DNA of 64,000 nucleotides from an uncultured delta proteobacterium. Its GTDB lineage: Bacteria > Desulfobacterota > Desulfobacteria > Desulfobacterales > JAFDCJ01. The position numbers and the translations under genes are program-made. Under the pieces are notes generated by a model that did no database searches, was not told the origin of the DNA, and worked only from the letters and a program-made list of their open reading frames with translations. The stretch is taken from the NCBI GenBank assembly GCA_963769935.1, contig CAVYNY010000009.1, forward strand, positions 224,001 through 288,000, read 5' to 3'. Positions 19,130-29,298 of this stretch are shown here, piece by piece; within the stretch, counting starts at the first letter, position 1; each line of letters opens with the position of its first letter.

Positions 19130-20716
19130 TCAGCCCCCTGCCCTGTAAACCACCTCGCCGTGCACCACCGTCATCTCCGTTTCGACGGTCGGCCACTGCT
19201 CAGGGGCAAGATCAAAAAGGTCGCGGTTGAGCACGGTAAGATCCGCCCATTTACCCGGGGTTATTGAACCCAGACGATTCTCACAACGGGAATTCCAGGC
19301 CGCCCCGGCCGTAAAACCGGTGATGCTCTCGGCAAGCGACATCTGCTGTTCGGGAAACCATCCGCCGACCGGTTCACCTCTCAGCGTTTGACGCGTGACC
19401 GCTGCGTGGAGGCCATAAATTGGATTAATGGGTTCTACGGGCGCATCTGAGCCGAATTGAACCCGCAGACCGGCTTCAAGCAAAGATTTCCAGGCATAAG
19501 CATAGCGGCATCTTCGCGGTCCCCAGCGTTTATCGGCCGGCTTCCAGTCGGTCGGAATAAATACCGGCTGCACCGATGCCGCCACGGCCAATTCTTGAAA
19601 AAGAGACAAATCTTGGGGCCGATAGAGCTGCACATGCTCCAGGCGGTCGCGGTGATCACCCGGATATTTTTTTCGCACAGCGGCGATGCTTTCCAGTGCA
19701 TTGGTCACGGCAAGATCACCGATGGCATGAATCGCCACATCACATCCGCGGCTGTAGGCCAGCCGGATATTATCCTCCAGATTATTTTTCTCCAGACAGG
19801 CGATACCGCACGTAGCGGGATCGTCTAAATAGGGTTCGTGCAGCAAGGCCGTTCCTGCACCCAGGGAGCCGTCGGCAAAAAGTTTTACATGGCGAAACCA
19901 GAGCCGCTCGCTGCCTGATCCGGCCTTGATTCCGCGCGCCGCTGCCTCCTCCAGATCATCGGGCGGCAGCAGATGGTAGACCCGCAGTTTTAATTTTCCC
20001 TCCGCTTCAAGGGCCGCGAGGGCCTCCCATTCTCTCAGCGTTTCACAGGTATGTACGCCGGTAATCCCGCATTTGAGGGCGGCCGCCTGGGCGGCCAGCG
20101 CCCATTGTTTGCGCTGTTCCAGGGAGGGTGTCGGTATATAGGCTTCAATGAGCTTGCGGGCCTCGCGCAGCATTCCGGTGGGTTCGCCGTCGGTGGGATC
20201 TTTGTCGATCCGGCCGCCGGTCGGATTGGGCGTGTCGCGATGAATACCGGCCTGCTCGAGAGCCCGGGTGTTGAGCCATATGCTGTGCCCGCAGGCGCGA
20301 ATCATCATCGCCGGATTGTCGGGCAGGATATCATCCAGATCGTGCCGGCTGGGTTCACGCCCCTCCTGCCAGTTATGATGGTTCCAGCCGCGGCCCAGAA
20401 TCCACTCCCCGGGCTTGCTCAGCGCCGCGGCTTTCTGAATGAGGCGCCGGGCTTCCGCCAGCGATGTGATGTTGCGCAGATCCGTCATATGAAATGATCG
20501 ACCCAGACTGACAAAGTGGCAATGGGCATCCACCAGGCCGGGTGTCACCAGCCTTCCCGGCAATTCCAGAATCTCGGTGTCAGCCCCGCAGACTTTTTTG
20601 ACTTCTGCATTGCTTCCGACATGCGTAATGCGTTCATCGGTTATTTTAACGGCCTCCGCCCATGGCTGGGCCGGATTTCCTGTGAAAATGCGTGCTGAAA
20701 ATAAAGCAAAATCCAT
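19130..20716 (-). CDS. Metal-dependent amidohydrolase (YtcJ-like, amidohydrolase_3)
   Basis: PGLVDAHCH, KLFADGSLG, HAIGD, RLEHVQ, FGSDAPV and GKWADL motifs; start placed at MDFALF (20716). Confidence 0.92.
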   Translation of the reverse strand: MDFALFSARIFTGNPAQPWAEAVKITDERITHVGSNAEVKKVCGADTEILELPGRLVTPGLVDAHCHFVSLGRSFHMTDLRNITSLAEARRLIQKAAALSKPGEWILGRGWNHHNWQEGREPSRHDLDDILPDNPAMMIRACGHSIWLNTRALEQAGIHRDTPNPTGGRIDKDPTDGEPTGMLREARKLIEAYIPTPSLEQRKQWALAAQAAALKCGITGVHTCETLREWEALAALEAEGKLKLRVYHLLPPDDLEEAAARGIKAGSGSERLWFRHVKLFADGSLGAGTALLHEPYLDDPATCGIACLEKNNLEDNIRLAYSRGCDVAIHAIGDLAVTNALESIAAVRKKYPGDHRDRLEHVQLYRPQDLSLFQELAVAASVQPVFIPTDWKPADKRWGPRRCRYAYAWKSLLEAGLRVQFGSDAPVEPINPIYGLHAAVTRQTLRGEPVGGWFPEQQMSLAESITGFTAGAAWNSRCENRLGSITPGKWADLTVLNRDLFDLAPEQWPTVETEMTVVHGEVVYRAGG

Positions 20717-20787
20717 ACATGAGTCCTTTCTGCAATAATGTCTTCCCTTCAGTAAGTATCGTCTATCCGTTATCAGCATATCGATCA

Positions 20788-21627
20788 TTATGATTGTCGG
20801 GTTGTATGGGGATCCAGTATATCCCGCAGACCGTCTCCAAGGAGATTGAGGCCTAGCACGGTTACAAAGATGGCGATTCCCGGAAAGATGGAAATCCAGG
20901 GCGCGGTGAAAAGCTGCTCCCGGGCGGCCGACAGCATGCCGCCCCAGGACGGGGTCGGCGGCTGGACGCCCAGCCCCAGAAAGGAAAGTGATGCTTCCAG
21001 CAGGATGGCTCCGGCAACCCCCAGGGTTGCGATGACCAGGATGGGGCCGACAATGTTGGGCAGAATTTGGGTGAACATCATGCGGGTTTTACCATAACCC
21101 AATGCCCGCGCGGCTTTGACATAGTCCAGCGTCCGGACCGAAAGGGCCTGCGATCGCGTGATGCGGCAGGTGTAGGACCAGTTGGTAAAACCCAGCGCTA
21201 CAAAAACATTGAGCAGACCGGGCCCCAGCAGGGCCATTACCGCCAGCGCAAAAATCAGCGAAGGAATCGACAGCATCACATTGGTCAGGCCCACCACAAA
21301 ATCGTCCCACCATTTGCCGAAAAATCCGGCCGACAGCCCTAAAATCACGCCGATCATCGTGTTAAACCCCTGGCTGATCAATCCCACCGACAGGGAGATG
21401 CGGGCGCCGTAAATGACCCTGGACAATATATCGCGTCCCTGGTTGTCGGTGCCGAACCAGAAAGTTGCATTGGGCGGTTCGTCGGACACCATCAGATCGG
21501 CATCGTCGACGGGATGGTAAGGCGCGAGAAAGGGAGCAGCAACAGCGACAAAGATTACAAACAGGGTAATGATGCCGCCGACGATAAGATTGGTCTGTCG
21601 CAGTAATTTTTTGGTGCTTGTATTCAT
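20788..21627 (-). CDS. oppC: Peptide ABC transporter permease (OppC/DppC)
   Basis: FGTDNQGRDILSRVIYGARISL, YVKAARALG and LSFLGLGVQPPTPSWGGML motifs. Confidence 0.93.
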   Translation of the reverse strand: MNTSTKKLLRQTNLIVGGIITLFVIFVAVAAPFLAPYHPVDDADLMVSDEPPNATFWFGTDNQGRDILSRVIYGARISLSVGLISQGFNTMIGVILGLSAGFFGKWWDDFVVGLTNVMLSIPSLIFALAVMALLGPGLLNVFVALGFTNWSYTCRITRSQALSVRTLDYVKAARALGYGKTRMMFTQILPNIVGPILVIATLGVAGAILLEASLSFLGLGVQPPTPSWGGMLSAAREQLFTAPWISIFPGIAIFVTVLGLNLLGDGLRDILDPHTTRQS

Positions 21628-22565
21628 TTGTAAGACGCGCGAATCCTGGGATCGATAAATCCGTACAACAAATCCACAATCAGGTTAACGAGAAGAAACA
21701 CCATGATAATTATCAGAATACATCCCTGGGTCACCGGGATGTCCCGCTGAAAAATGGAATCAACTACGAGCGAACCCAGTCCCGGCCAGGAAAACAGCTT
21801 TTCTACAATTACCGTCTGGGCCATCAGGGCGCCGAATTGCATGCCGGCGGTGGTCAACACGAGAATCAGAGCGTTGCGGAAAACATGCCTGCGGTTGACC
21901 AGCAGTTCGGAAAGGCCTTTGGCACGCGCGGTACGGATGTAGTCGGTGGTCAGAATCTCGACCACCGCCGCCCTGGTGGTGCGCGCCAGCAGCGCCATGT
22001 AGGCAACTCCCAATGTAAATCCCGGCAAAATGATATTGCGGATCGAACCGTCGCCGTACCCCATGGGAGGCAGAAGCCGCAGTTTGACCGCGACAAAATA
22101 CATCAGCAAGAGACCCAACCAGAACTGGGGAATGGAAACCCCCGATACAGCGCCCATCATGCTGAAGGTGTCCGGCCATCGCCCCTGGCGAAGGGCCGAA
22201 TAGAATCCCAGCGGAATGCCGAGCACCAGCGCAATGCCCATGGCCACCAGCGCCAGTTTGAGCGTCGGCCATAATCGTTCCATAATCAGATGGCCGACCG
22301 GCTCGCGCCGCAGAAAAGAAAGTCCCAAATCACCGGTGGCAAGGTCCTTGACGTAAATCAGGAATCGCTGCCAGACCGGTTTGTCCAGGCCCCAGTCCTT
22401 CTTCATTTGTTCGATGTAATGCGCATCGACGTTGTGGTCCTGCTCCCCGGCCGCCATCAAGGCGGCATTTCCGGGCAGGACGTTGAGCAGCAGAAAAATA
22501 ATCAGGGTCACAGCCAGAACGGTTGGAATGAACTGAAGTATGCGCCGGACGGCATAGGCGAACAT
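21624..22565 (-). CDS. oppB: Peptide ABC transporter permease (OppB/DppB)
   Basis: GDLGLS, DYIRTARAKGL, HVFRNAL, EKLFSWPGLG and DLLYGFIDPRIR motifs. Confidence 0.93.
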   Translation of the reverse strand: MFAYAVRRILQFIPTVLAVTLIIFLLLNVLPGNAALMAAGEQDHNVDAHYIEQMKKDWGLDKPVWQRFLIYVKDLATGDLGLSFLRREPVGHLIMERLWPTLKLALVAMGIALVLGIPLGFYSALRQGRWPDTFSMMGAVSGVSIPQFWLGLLLMYFVAVKLRLLPPMGYGDGSIRNIILPGFTLGVAYMALLARTTRAAVVEILTTDYIRTARAKGLSELLVNRRHVFRNALILVLTTAGMQFGALMAQTVIVEKLFSWPGLGSLVVDSIFQRDIPVTQGCILIIIMVFLLVNLIVDLLYGFIDPRIRASYK

Positions 22566-22644
22566 TGGCTTTCCTTATCCGGAATTTGGTTCTAGTTTAG
22601 GTCCTCAGGGCACATTTCCCGGCAACATGTTGGCTGAAAAAGAA

Positions 22645-22960
22645 GGTTTCAGGTGTCAGTGTTCAGGTTTCAGGATTTAGTCATTAATTTGCTGACACCC
22701 GAAACCTGACACCTCATATGAAACTACATCTCACACAGAGCGCTCAGAGATCACAGAGGTCTGGGTTTACAGGCGCCTGCGGCGAAAGAAAAATGTTCTC
22801 TGCGGTCTCTGTGAGCTCTAACGGCTTGTCGGGTCGTAGCTCGAAGAGCGAAGCCTGAAAGTGGGCGTGATATTAAATCCAACTGTGTCCGATTTCCAAA
22901 AGTTTCTTTTATGATCAGACCGGCCGTTGGTTTGGCCGGCGGCGGGGCTGACACCTGAAA
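22645..22960. repeat. Stack of several different inverted-repeat elements between oppA and oppB
   Basis: 7-mer arms GGTTTCAGGTGTCAG.../...CTGACACCCGAAACCTGACACC (22645-22715); 9-mer arms CACAGAG.../...CTCTGTG (22732-22818); hairpin GCTCGAAGAGC (~22839); further CTGACACCTGAAA near 22950. Confidence 0.75.
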
Positions 22961-23095
22961 TTCGTGTCTCCACATCGCCAACGCTTTGGCCGCCAAGCAG
23001 AGCCGGCTTTTGCCAGGCAAAACCTCAGAAAAAGCGTATCTCCCTGTCTGGAAAAACGGGGGAACGACTTGTACCATTCCCCCGTATATCAATAC

Positions 23096-24698
23096 CTATT
23101 TCATATTGGCCCGCGGGGAGCTATCGTCCACCCAGACGTTGGTCATATCCTGAAACATCATTTCCGGGGCAACCGGGGCCAGGCCGTGCACCCATGGCTG
23201 ATAGGCCATAACTGCTTTGTTGTAGTTAAAAAACCACACCGGCGCATCCTCGACAAAGATCTCCTCGGCTTTCTGGATATCTTTGATTTTTTCGGCCTTG
23301 TCGCGGGTCGCGGCCGCCATATCCATATATTTGTCATATTCGGGGTTGTTGTACTTGACATAGTTGCCGGCCTCCGGCGGGTTGTCCGACTTCCAGCGCG
23401 TCATCACCACCAGGGGGTCCGGACCCGAATCCAAAGACCAGATAAACATCTGGTAGTCCATCTGGCGGATGCGTTCAGCCATGGCCGCCCCTTCCATTTG
23501 CTGGATCTTAAGCTCGATCCCGATCTTCTTCAGATAAGGCATCGCCGCTTCATAAATCCCCGTGCCCCAGGATTTGTTGGCCGTACCGATGGCCTGCTCC
23601 ACTACGAAGCCTTTCTCGTAGCCGGCCTCTTTCATAAGCTCTTTGGCCTTTTTCAGGGTTGAATTCGTACTTCTTGATTTGGGGATTGAAGGCCGGCGAT
23701 GTGGTCGGCAAATAGCCCCGGGCCGGATAGGCCTTGCCCTTGAGGACCTTCTCGATGATCAGGTCGGCCGGGATGGCATAGTTGATGGCCTGGCGCACCC
23801 GTTTGTCGCTTAAGGGTTTGAAATCCGGGTTGAAACCGACCAGCCGCGTGAACATCTCGGCTACTTCGATGAGATTTTTGGAGATAACCGGGTCGGCTTT
23901 ATATTCGGGGTAATTTACCGCTCCGACGATGGTGTTATCCAATTCTTTGGCCTTGAAAGCCAGATCGCGGGGCGCTGCTTCGCCCATGATTTTGAAGACC
24001 ACTTTATCCAGATATGGCCGGCCCTGCTCATAAAATTCGGGGAACTTTTCCAATACGACTTCGGAACCCTTGACCCACTTGACGAATTTAAATGGTCCGC
24101 AGCCTACCGGATTGGTGCCGAAAGCGTCGCCCAGACGTTCCACCTCTTCTTTAGGCACAATCGCCGTATCCGGCAGCCAGAGGGAAAACTTGATATCCAC
24201 CGGATTTGCCAGGGTCATCTCGAAAGTAAGGTCGTCGATTTTTTTCAGACCGGAGATGGTCTCGGCCTTGCCGTCGACAACTTCTTGGACCCCTTTAATG
24301 AACCTGACGTGCTCCAGCGCGGGCGACGTTGGTTTCATGCCGGCGATCCGGTTGTAGGAATAGATGACATCGTCCGCCGTCAATTGGCGGCCGTTGTGAA
24401 ATTTAATATTGGGCCGCAGTTTGAAACTGTAGACCAGGCCGTCGTCCGAAAGCGACACGCTTTCGGCCAGATCCGGCACCGGCTCATTTTTCTGGGCATT
24501 CCATTTATACAGGGTGCGATGGATATTCATTCCCACAAGCCAATCCTGGTAGCGGCTTGATTTGTGAAGATCGAGGGTATAAAGATCGCCGCCGTATGGC
24601 GCCATGGTATTCAACGTGCCCCCGCTTCTGGCGGCAAAAGCCGAAGAAGCCGTCAATCCAAACAATAAAACCAGTGTCAAGACCAAAATTTTTCGCAT
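23096..24698 (-). CDS. oppA: Peptide ABC transporter substrate-binding protein (OppA/DppA), split by a +1 insertion
   Basis: Signal peptide; LRPNIKFHNGRQLTADDV, PVGCGPFKF and RVRQAINYAI motifs. Span is 3n+1; removing one A near 23650 restores FNPEKAKELMKEAG and joins ORFs 23550..24770 and 23096..23635. Confidence 0.9.
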
Positions 24699-24844
24699 AG
24701 ATCCTCCTTTGTTTGTGTTATAGCTCCAATGATAAAAATATCGCACACACAATTCCACAGCCGATTCCACATGTCAATATAGAAATGAGGTGCACGCTGG
24801 GAAGCCAGGGCGCTGACGCGCCAGATCGCAGCTGGTAACTCATC

Positions 24845-25350
24845 GTTTATAGGTAAAAGGATAAAGGCTGGAAGGATGGGAAGCTGAGACGCCAGCTCAT
24901 AGACTCAAGCTGATAGGTAAAAGGAGAAAGGCTGGGAGGGTCTGAGGGTAGGAGGGTAAGAAACTGGGAAGAATAAAAGAGCAGAAGATCAGATAATCAG
25001 AAAATCAGAGGGATAGGAGGATACGTCGCTGCCAGGTCAGCTTCCCGTCTTTCCAGCCTTGTCCTTTAGCCTTTTTCCTTTGTCCTTTATCCTTTTCCCT
25101 TTTCCCTTTATTCTTTCGCCTTCAACTAATAACCAGTTTTTAAGACCGTCTTTTGAGCTTGACAATGCAGGTGCGATATGGGCAATTACAGCAACAATCG
25201 AAAGCCATTATTCGATATTCCGGGGTCTTGTGGCTATGAACGATGAGCTATCAGCTATGAACTTTCAGCCGGAAACTATGAACTATCAGCTATGAGCTAT
25301 GAGCTCTTGTCCTGAAACCTTTAGCCTTTGACCTTTAACCTTTAACCTAT
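24845..25350. repeat. Large nested inverted array of 7/8-bp tandem repeats in the divergent promoter region
   Basis: Purine-rich AAAGGAT / GGAAGxT / ATCAGAA units at 24850-25020 mirrored by pyrimidine-rich CCTTTxT units at 25040-25120; (AGCTATG)n at 25235-25305; (ACCTTTA)n at 25315-25350. Confidence 0.8.
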
Positions 25351-25366
25351 AGCCTTTTTTACATCT

Positions 25367-26956
25367 ATGTTCGATATATTAATCAAAGATGCCACCATTG
25401 TCGACGGCACCGGCGCCAAGCCGTGGGTCGGGGATGTCGCAATTGAAGACGGCCGTTTCGCGGCTTTAGAAGGGCATATTCCCGGTGAAGCCCGCTGTAT
25501 GTTCCCGGCCCGGGGGATGGTGCTGGCGCCGGGCTTCATCGATATCCACTGCCATTCCGATCTGTCGGTTTTCGTCAACCCCGATGCCGAAATCAAACTC
25601 AGGCAGGGAGTGACCCTGGAGGTGCTGGGAAACTGCGGCAGCTCCCTGGCTCCGCTGGTAGCCGATTCGCGGGCTTTAGTCCAGGCGGAAAACATCTCGC
25701 AGATGAATTCCTGGGATCAGCCCCTGGACTGGTCATCGTACGGTGAGTATATCCGGGTACTCAAGAACAAAGGCATTGCCATAAATACCGTGGGGCTGGT
25801 GGGCCACGGCACGCTGCGGCTGGCGGCCATGGGCCACTCGGATAAAGCCCCCACCGATCCCGAGCAGATGGACCGCATGAAATCCCTGCTCGGCCGTTCG
25901 CTGGATGAAGGCGCGGCCGGCATGTCGACGGGCTTGATTTATGCACCCGGCTGTTTTGCAGACACACCGGAGTTGGTCGAACTGGCGAATGTGACGGGCA
26001 GCCGGGGCGGGTTTTATGCCTCCCATATCCGCAATGAGGCGGAAGGAATCATTGCCGCCCTGGATGAAATTATCCGGATCGGCCGGGAAGGCCGGGTCCC
26101 GGTGCACGTTTCGCATCTGAAAGTCGCCGGCACAAGAAACTGGCACCTGCGGGAGGCCGTGGTAAATAAACTGGAAGCCGCCCGCGCCGACGGGATCGAC
26201 ATCACCTGCGATGTCTATCCGTATTACCATTCCTGCACCACCATGCTGGCCCTGCTGCCGCCCTGGTCGCTGGAAGGCGGCATGGACGCCTTGATCCCAA
26301 GACTTCGCGACCCCGGTCAGCGGAAGCGGATCATAGAAGATATGAAAAGCGGAATCGCCGGATGGGAGAATATGGTCTACAATTCCGGCTGGGACAGAAT
26401 TGCGGTGTCATCGGTCCAAAACCGTGAAAACAAGGCAGCAGAAGGCCGCAGCATCGCCGGAATTGCCGCCGAGCGGCAGATGGATCCTTTTGACCTGGTT
26501 TTGGATCTTATCGAGGCTGAAAACGGGGCGGTATCCATCATCACCGAGTCCATGAACGAAGAAAACATGGTTCGCTTTTTAACCCTGCCTTTTGCCATGA
26601 TCGGCTCGGATGGATCTCCCAGCCGGGGCCGCCCGCACCCGCGCTTGTACGGCACATTTCCCCGCGTGATACGTCGGATTGTGCGGGAGTTGGGCGCGTT
26701 GTCGCTGGAAGCCGCCGTTCATAAAATGAGCGGGCTGACCGCCCGGCGCCTGGGACTTCAGGATGCCGGGATCATCCGGCGCGGTTTTAAAGCGGATGCC
26801 GTAATTTTCGACCCCTTGACATTTGGCGATACGGCAACTTATGATAACCCGCGAAATTTCCCCCGGGGGCTTCTGGCGACCATCGTCAACGGCAGCGTCG
26901 CCATCGACGGCGAAAACCATACCGGCGCCAAGGCCGGGGAGTTTTACAGGAGATGA
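25367..26956 (+). CDS. N-acyl-D-amino-acid deacylase (D-aminoacylase family)
   Basis: APGFIDIHCHSD, QGVTLEVLGNCG, GMSTGLIYAPG, SHIRNE, HVSHLK and GSDG...HPRLYGTFPR motifs. Confidence 0.93.
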   Translation: MFDILIKDATIVDGTGAKPWVGDVAIEDGRFAALEGHIPGEARCMFPARGMVLAPGFIDIHCHSDLSVFVNPDAEIKLRQGVTLEVLGNCGSSLAPLVADSRALVQAENISQMNSWDQPLDWSSYGEYIRVLKNKGIAINTVGLVGHGTLRLAAMGHSDKAPTDPEQMDRMKSLLGRSLDEGAAGMSTGLIYAPGCFADTPELVELANVTGSRGGFYASHIRNEAEGIIAALDEIIRIGREGRVPVHVSHLKVAGTRNWHLREAVVNKLEAARADGIDITCDVYPYYHSCTTMLALLPPWSLEGGMDALIPRLRDPGQRKRIIEDMKSGIAGWENMVYNSGWDRIAVSSVQNRENKAAEGRSIAGIAAERQMDPFDLVLDLIEAENGAVSIITESMNEENMVRFLTLPFAMIGSDGSPSRGRPHPRLYGTFPRVIRRIVRELGALSLEAAVHKMSGLTARRLGLQDAGIIRRGFKADAVIFDPLTFGDTATYDNPRNFPRGLLATIVNGSVAIDGENHTGAKAGEFYRR

Positions 26957-27024
26957 ATTCCCGTCTGCGATAACGGTAGAGGGGTAAAGCTGAAGCAACT
27001 GCTTAACTCGATTGGGGCACTTAT

Positions 27025-27130
27025 AAATCACAAATCCCAAGCACCAATGACCAATAACCAAAGCAGGTTTGGAATTTTGAATTTAGGCAATTGAAAATTG
27101 TTTGTTATTCGTGATTTGTTTTTGGAAATT
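27025..27130. repeat. Inverted 7-bp-period repeat element (AAATCMC / ACCAAT family)
   Basis: AAATCACAAATCCCAAGCACCAA... paired with ...TTCGTGATTTGTTTTTGGAAATT; related arms at 41465-41525 and 56562-56730. Confidence 0.7.
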
Positions 27131-27195
27131 ATAGTTCCTGCCATATTCGAACAACAACTGTCCCCATTTTATACACATAATTTGAGGAATCACTT

Positions 27196-28180
27196 TTGAA
27201 CGAAAAAAGGCATCTTCTCGACGTTCGGAATCTGAAGACGAGTTTTTATACATTCGAGGGCATCGCCCAAGCGGTGGATGGATGTCTCATTTTATCTGGA
27301 TGCGGGTGAAACCCTGGGACTGGTAGGCGAGTCCGGCTGCGGCAAAAGTGTAACGGCACTTTCCATTATGCGGCTCATCAAGGATCCGCCCGGCAGAATC
27401 GTGAACGGCAACATTTTCTTTGAAGGGTCGGATCTCGTTAAATTGTCGGAAAGCAAAATGCAGTCGATCCGGGGCGCCAGGATTTCAATGATCTTTCAGG
27501 AGCCCATGACATCGCTCAACCCGGTTTACACCATCGGCCATCAGATTGCTGAGATGTTCGGCATCCACCACCGACTCAATAAAAAACAAAGCCGTGAACG
27601 GGCCATCGAGACCCTCCGGCAGGTGCAAATGCCTTCTCCCGTAAAACGCGCCTCAGAATACCCGCACCAGCTCTCCGGCGGAATGCGCCAACGCGCCATG
27701 ATTGCCATGGCGATGGCCTGCAACCCGAAAATCCTCATTGCGGATGAGCCCACAACCGCCCTGGATGTAACGATTCAGGCCCAAATTCTCGATCTTATGC
27801 TGCGGTTAAAAGAGGATTTCGGCGCCGCCGTGCTCATCATCACTCACGATTTGGGGGTTGTCGCGGAAATCGCTCAACGAATTGTGGTCATGTATGCCGG
27901 CCGCATCGTTGAAGAAGGCACCACGCGGGACATCTTCGAAAACCCGATGCATCCCTACACCCGGGGCCTTCTGCGATCCGTGCCCAGAATGGGAGAACGA
28001 TCCCGCATGGGCCGCACACGGTTGCAGGAAATTTCAGGAATTGTGCCCAGCCTCTATGATTTGCCTCAGGGCTGCAGCTTCAACCCACGCTGCCGGCATG
28101 TCATGCCTATCTGCTGTGAAACCCCGCCGGAGTTTTTCGATCTGGGCGGCATCCACCGCATGCGGTGTTATTTGGGATGA
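27196..28180 (+). CDS. oppD: Peptide ABC transporter ATP-binding protein (OppD/DppD), +1 insertion near the 5' end
   Basis: TTG 27196 after GAGG gives (M)[16 protein letters not shown]...QAVD. One extra G at ~27280 shifts into DVSF...[26 protein letters not shown]. Span is 3n+1. Confidence 0.9.
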
Positions 28181-28202
28181 GAAATAAAGGAGAAAACACG
28201 GC

Positions 28203-29165
28203 TTGCAACCGCTGCTGACAGTCACCGACTTGAAAGTGCATTTCCCGATCACAAAGGGAATCTTGTCAAAAACGGCCGGATATGTATATGCCGTCGACGG
28301 CGTCTCGTTTGAATTAAACGCCGGGGAAACCCTCGGTATCGTTGGTGAGAGCGGCTGCGGCAAAACCACCACCGGCCTGGCGATCCTGAGCTTGATCGAA
28401 CCGACGGACGGACGCGTAATTTTTCAGGGCAAAGACATTTCACAGATGACCAAGCATGAAAGAAAGACCCTGTGCCGCGAGATGCAAATCATCTTCCAGG
28501 ATCCCTACTCATCCCTGAATCCCCGCATGACATTAAACCGCACCCTCTCGGATCCGATGAAGATTCATGGGCTTTGCCATGGTTCCGAACGGCAGGATCG
28601 GGTGGCATACCTGCTGGAAAAAGTAGGCCTGACGCCCGAGCAGGGTCGGCGTTATCCCCACGAATTCAGCGGCGGTCAGCGGCAGCGAATCGGCATTGCC
28701 CGGGCCCTGGCCCTCAACCCGCAGCTCGTGATCGGTGACGAACCCGTCTCCGCCCTGGATGTATCCATCCAGGCTCAGATTATCAATCTTTTGATCGACC
28801 TGCAGGATGAATTCAAGCTTTCCTATATCATCATCTCCCATGATCTGGCAGTGGTGGAGTACATCTGTGATCGAATCGTCGTGATGTACCTGGGGAAAGT
28901 TGCTGAAATGGCCGTCTACCGGGAGATATATACCGACCCCAAACACCCCTACACCCAGTCTTTGCTGTCCGCCGTCCCGGTTCCCGATTTAAATGCCAAA
29001 TCCGAGAGAATCATCCTGGGAGGGGACGTGCCCAGCCCCATCAACCCGCCGTCAGGCTGCCGCTTCCACCCGCGCTGTCCCTTCAGGATGGATATCTGTC
29101 CGCAGGAAGAGCCGCAGCTCAAAGATCTCGCAGATGGCCATTGGGTGGCGTGTCATTTGTATTGA
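28203..29165 (+). CDS. oppF: Peptide ABC transporter ATP-binding protein (OppF/DppF)
   Basis: [35 protein letters not shown] and [11 protein letters not shown] motifs. Confidence 0.94.
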   Translation: MQPLLTVTDLKVHFPITKGILSKTAGYVYAVDGVSFELNAGETLGIVGESGCGKTTTGLAILSLIEPTDGRVIFQGKDISQMTKHERKTLCREMQIIFQDPYSSLNPRMTLNRTLSDPMKIHGLCHGSERQDRVAYLLEKVGLTPEQGRRYPHEFSGGQRQRIGIARALALNPQLVIGDEPVSALDVSIQAQIINLLIDLQDEFKLSYIIISHDLAVVEYICDRIVVMYLGKVAEMAVYREIYTDPKHPYTQSLLSAVPVPDLNAKSERIILGGDVPSPINPPSGCRFHPRCPFRMDICPQEEPQLKDLADGHWVACHLY

Positions 29166-29240
29166 TACTTTCATCGAAAAGAGCGTTCGCTGAAATTTCA
29201 TGAAATCCAAGGTCATTATTAGGCTGAAGTCAATGGCTGG

Positions 29241-29263
29241 TGGGAGTGGTTTTTAACCACGAT
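29241..29263. repeat. REP-like hairpin (TGGGAG-stem family)
   Basis: Reverse complement ATCGTGGTTAAAAACCACTCCCA resembles ATCGCGGCTGAAAGCCGCTCCCA at 38942-38964, with compensatory stem changes. Confidence 0.6.
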
Positions 29264-29298
29264 TACAGATGTTGATCTGATAATGTGACTAAGCGGAA